Assembly (NCBI GenBank): GCA_018335585.1
Contig: JAGXRZ010000053.1
Location: forward strand, 25,189 to 89,188
Origin: Selenomonadales bacterium
GTDB lineage: Bacteria; Bacillota; UBA994
Reading direction: 5' to 3'
DNA length: 64,000 nt
The notes beneath the pieces are model-generated. The model did not search any database, was not told the origin of the DNA, and saw only the letters and a list, made by a program, of their open reading frames with translations. This document shows, piece after piece, positions 62,049 through 64,000 of this stretch; within the stretch, counting starts at the first letter, position 1; each line of letters begins with the position of its first letter. Both the position numbers and the translations under genes were made by a program.

Positions 62049-63153
62049 CTTGCGCATTGCGGCGGTAATCTTTGAGGGCGGTGCGCCGCGCCACGCCGTC
62101 GTGCGGGAGCTCACGCGCGTGCGCCACGGCGTGGTGCTAGATACCATCGCCAAGCTCTCGGCGGCGCCCCGCGTGGACGAGATAATTCTCTGCACTAACT
62201 ACCCGCAGCTTGCCGAGGAAGCGGCCGCGCTTGGGGCTAGAGTGGTTGCAGATTCATCTCCGTTTCACTTTGGCCGAGCCTTGCAGAAAATAGTGCGCGA
62301 AGCGCAGTGTGACGGCATAATTTACCTTGGCGGCGCGGCGGCTCCGCTCCTTTCCGTGGCCGAGTTTGACCAACTAGCCGAGGGCTTGCGCGCCCGTGCA
62401 CCTGTGGTTATTACGAACAACCCGCAATCTGCCGACATTGTGGCTTTTGCCCCGGCGGATGCGCTTTTGGCACTCTCTCCGCCGGAAAACGACAATGCCC
62501 TGGCCACATTGCTTAAAACGGGTGGCCTGACGCGCGAGTTTATGCCGCACTCCGTCGGCGTGCACTTTGACTTAGACACGCCAAACGACGCTTTGGTGCT
62601 GTCCCTTTCGCCACACACAGGCGAACGCACCCAGGCGGCACTGCAGGAACTAACCTGGGACAGCGCGCGCCTCACGCAGGCTATAACCCGCATGCGCGCT
62701 ACACACTGCGAGTGCGCGCTTATCGGCCGCGTCAGCCCAGCGGTAATGGCCCACCTTAACCGGCATACGTTTTTGCGCCTGCGGGTTTTCTCGGAGGAGC
62801 GCGGCATGAAAGCGCTCGACCGCGAAGCGCAAGGCCTGGTCGTGAGTCTGCTTGGGCACTACCTCGCAGCGGTTGGGCCGCGCCGCTTCTTTGCCGACCT
62901 AAGCCAGACCGCAGATGTCGCCTTTATCGACACGCGCGTGCTCTTTGCGCACTTTAAGCTAAAGTTAAGCGAGGACGTGCGCTTTCTTTCTGACCTTGGC
63001 AGATACGAAGAAATATCTCACCCTTGGCTGCGGGAGTTTACCCAAGCGGCGGCAGAGGCCGGCATCCCGGTCGTCTTAGGCGGCCATTCCCTGGTCTCCG
63101 GGTGCATGTGGGTTGTGGCCGAGCATTTAGCCTGCCGTAATGAAAATTCTTAA
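62038..63153 (+). CDS. Hypothetical protein, CofC/nucleotidyltransferase-like N-terminal fold
   Basis: FHFG..L, NN..SAD, FDLDTP.D motif like CofC/MobA-type transferases; coupled to the radical SAM gene. Confidence 0.5.
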   Translation: MRINLRIAAVIFEGGAPRHAVVRELTRVRHGVVLDTIAKLSAAPRVDEIILCTNYPQLAEEAAALGARVVADSSPFHFGRALQKIVREAQCDGIIYLGGAAAPLLSVAEFDQLAEGLRARAPVVITNNPQSADIVAFAPADALLALSPPENDNALATLLKTGGLTREFMPHSVGVHFDLDTPNDALVLSLSPHTGERTQAALQELTWDSARLTQAITRMRATHCECALIGRVSPAVMAHLNRHTFLRLRVFSEERGMKALDREAQGLVVSLLGHYLAAVGPRRFFADLSQTADVAFIDTRVLFAHFKLKLSEDVRFLSDLGRYEEISHPWLREFTQAAAEAGIPVVLGGHSLVSGCMWVVAEHLACRNENS

Positions 63154-63158
63154 GTCCA

Positions 63159-63185
63159 CAAGGAGTCCTGCGTGCAAAGGCGAAT
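63159..63185 (+). promoter_or_regulatory. SigH-like promoter
   Basis: CAAGGA-N15-GCGAAT. Confidence 0.5.
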
Positions 63186-63218
63186 ACAATTAGAAGTCTG
63201 TCTTGAAAGAGGTGTGCG

Positions 63219-63851
63219 ATGAGTAAAGAGCGGAGTTTAGCAATTGAGGAACTGGTGTGTTCCCTGCAGGGGGTAGACTCAGCGCGGGCTGTGCTAGACC
63301 CAAACGGTGAGATTACCGAACTGCATATTCTCAGCGACCAGAGCCGTAATCCGCGCCTCATCGTGCGTGACACCGAGACTTTACTGCTTGTGCGCATGGG
63401 TATTAACGTGGATCACAAGCGCATTAGCGTCGTGCAATTTGCCGAGCGCCCCGAGGCCGAGGTCAAGCGCATTAGCCTGCGCGGCATAAGCTACAAGCTT
63501 AACCGCGGCGCGGCCGAAGTAGGGGTCACCCTGACACTCGGGGACAAACAAGCTGAGCATACGGCCTCCGGGCCCAATTCGCTGCAAAACCAGCTGCGCC
63601 TTGTCGCAAACGCCACCGTAGGCGCGCTGCGCGAGCTTTTGGGCAACATGGTAGGCTTTGTGGTCGAGGACGTCACGCAGTTTCCCTTTGCGCGTGGCGA
63701 GGTTGTGGTAGTAGGTGTTTCCGTGGTAAGCGGCACCGGCGAGGAGACGCTAGTCGGCTCCGCCTTTGTGCGGAGCGACGCCAAAGAGGCAGTCGTCAAA
63801 GCGACGCTCGACGGCGTCAACCGCCGCTGCCAGCGCTACTTCGGTACATAA
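63219..63851 (+). CDS. Conserved-looking hypothetical protein
   Basis: GAGGTG RBS; ITELHIL..RxPxxIVRDxE, LVGSA..EAVVKATLDGVNR. Confidence 0.75.
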   Translation: MSKERSLAIEELVCSLQGVDSARAVLDPNGEITELHILSDQSRNPRLIVRDTETLLLVRMGINVDHKRISVVQFAERPEAEVKRISLRGISYKLNRGAAEVGVTLTLGDKQAEHTASGPNSLQNQLRLVANATVGALRELLGNMVGFVVEDVTQFPFARGEVVVVGVSVVSGTGEETLVGSAFVRSDAKEAVVKATLDGVNRRCQRYFGT

Positions 63852-63968
63852 GTTTTTCACAGGTTTTCGTTTTGGGGGGGCGAAACACAATCAATCTACA
63901 AGCGGAGCGGTGGCCTGTCCGGATTTTAGCGGAGTGGGACAGAGTCAGCACGCAAGGAGGTCTTGGTT

Positions 63969-64000
63969 GTGAAAAAGGTTATGCGCATTGTCGCTCGTTT
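63969..64000 (+). CDS. Start of a CDS truncated by the window edge (MKKVMRIVAR...)
   Basis: AAGGAGG RBS followed by GTG AAA AAG. Confidence 0.55.
   Translation, partial: MKKVMRIVAR

Overview
Chromosomal segment of a spore-forming Bacillota (Firmicutes) member; SpoIID, a SpoIIQ-like peptidase, SpoIIID and SigE/SigF/SigH-type promoters are present. A Na+-type V/A-ATPase and NhaC hint at a sodium-based lifestyle (inference). From left to right: start of a type I-E CRISPR-Cas operon (cas3 and the 5' part of cas8e; no array in the window), a probable IS21 scar, an HssRS-like two-component system with an RND pump, the conserved sua5-ywlE-rpiB-glyA-upp-wecB block, a V/A-type ATPase operon where Bacillota usually carry the F-type atp operon, ywmB-murA-spoIID-spoIIQ, an inserted fab cluster plus two accessory genes, spoIIID-mbl-fabZ, phoPR-pstSCAB-phoU, udk-tdk, degV, metK, nhaC, recD2-comFC-csp-hpf, and a B12 radical SAM cluster. 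The most unusual signal is non-coding. (1) Five intergenic arrays are built from a shared vocabulary of 7-bp (and one 9-bp) tandem modules; two of them stack the same modules in the same order and supply near-identical C-termini and the stop codons of wecB and metK. (2) An identical 29-bp palindrome occurs four times, abuts stop codons, and brackets two accessory genes like cassettes, apparently truncating a third gene. The phoP-like gene appears to start at a non-canonical ATC codon. All calls were made by eye; no database searches were run.
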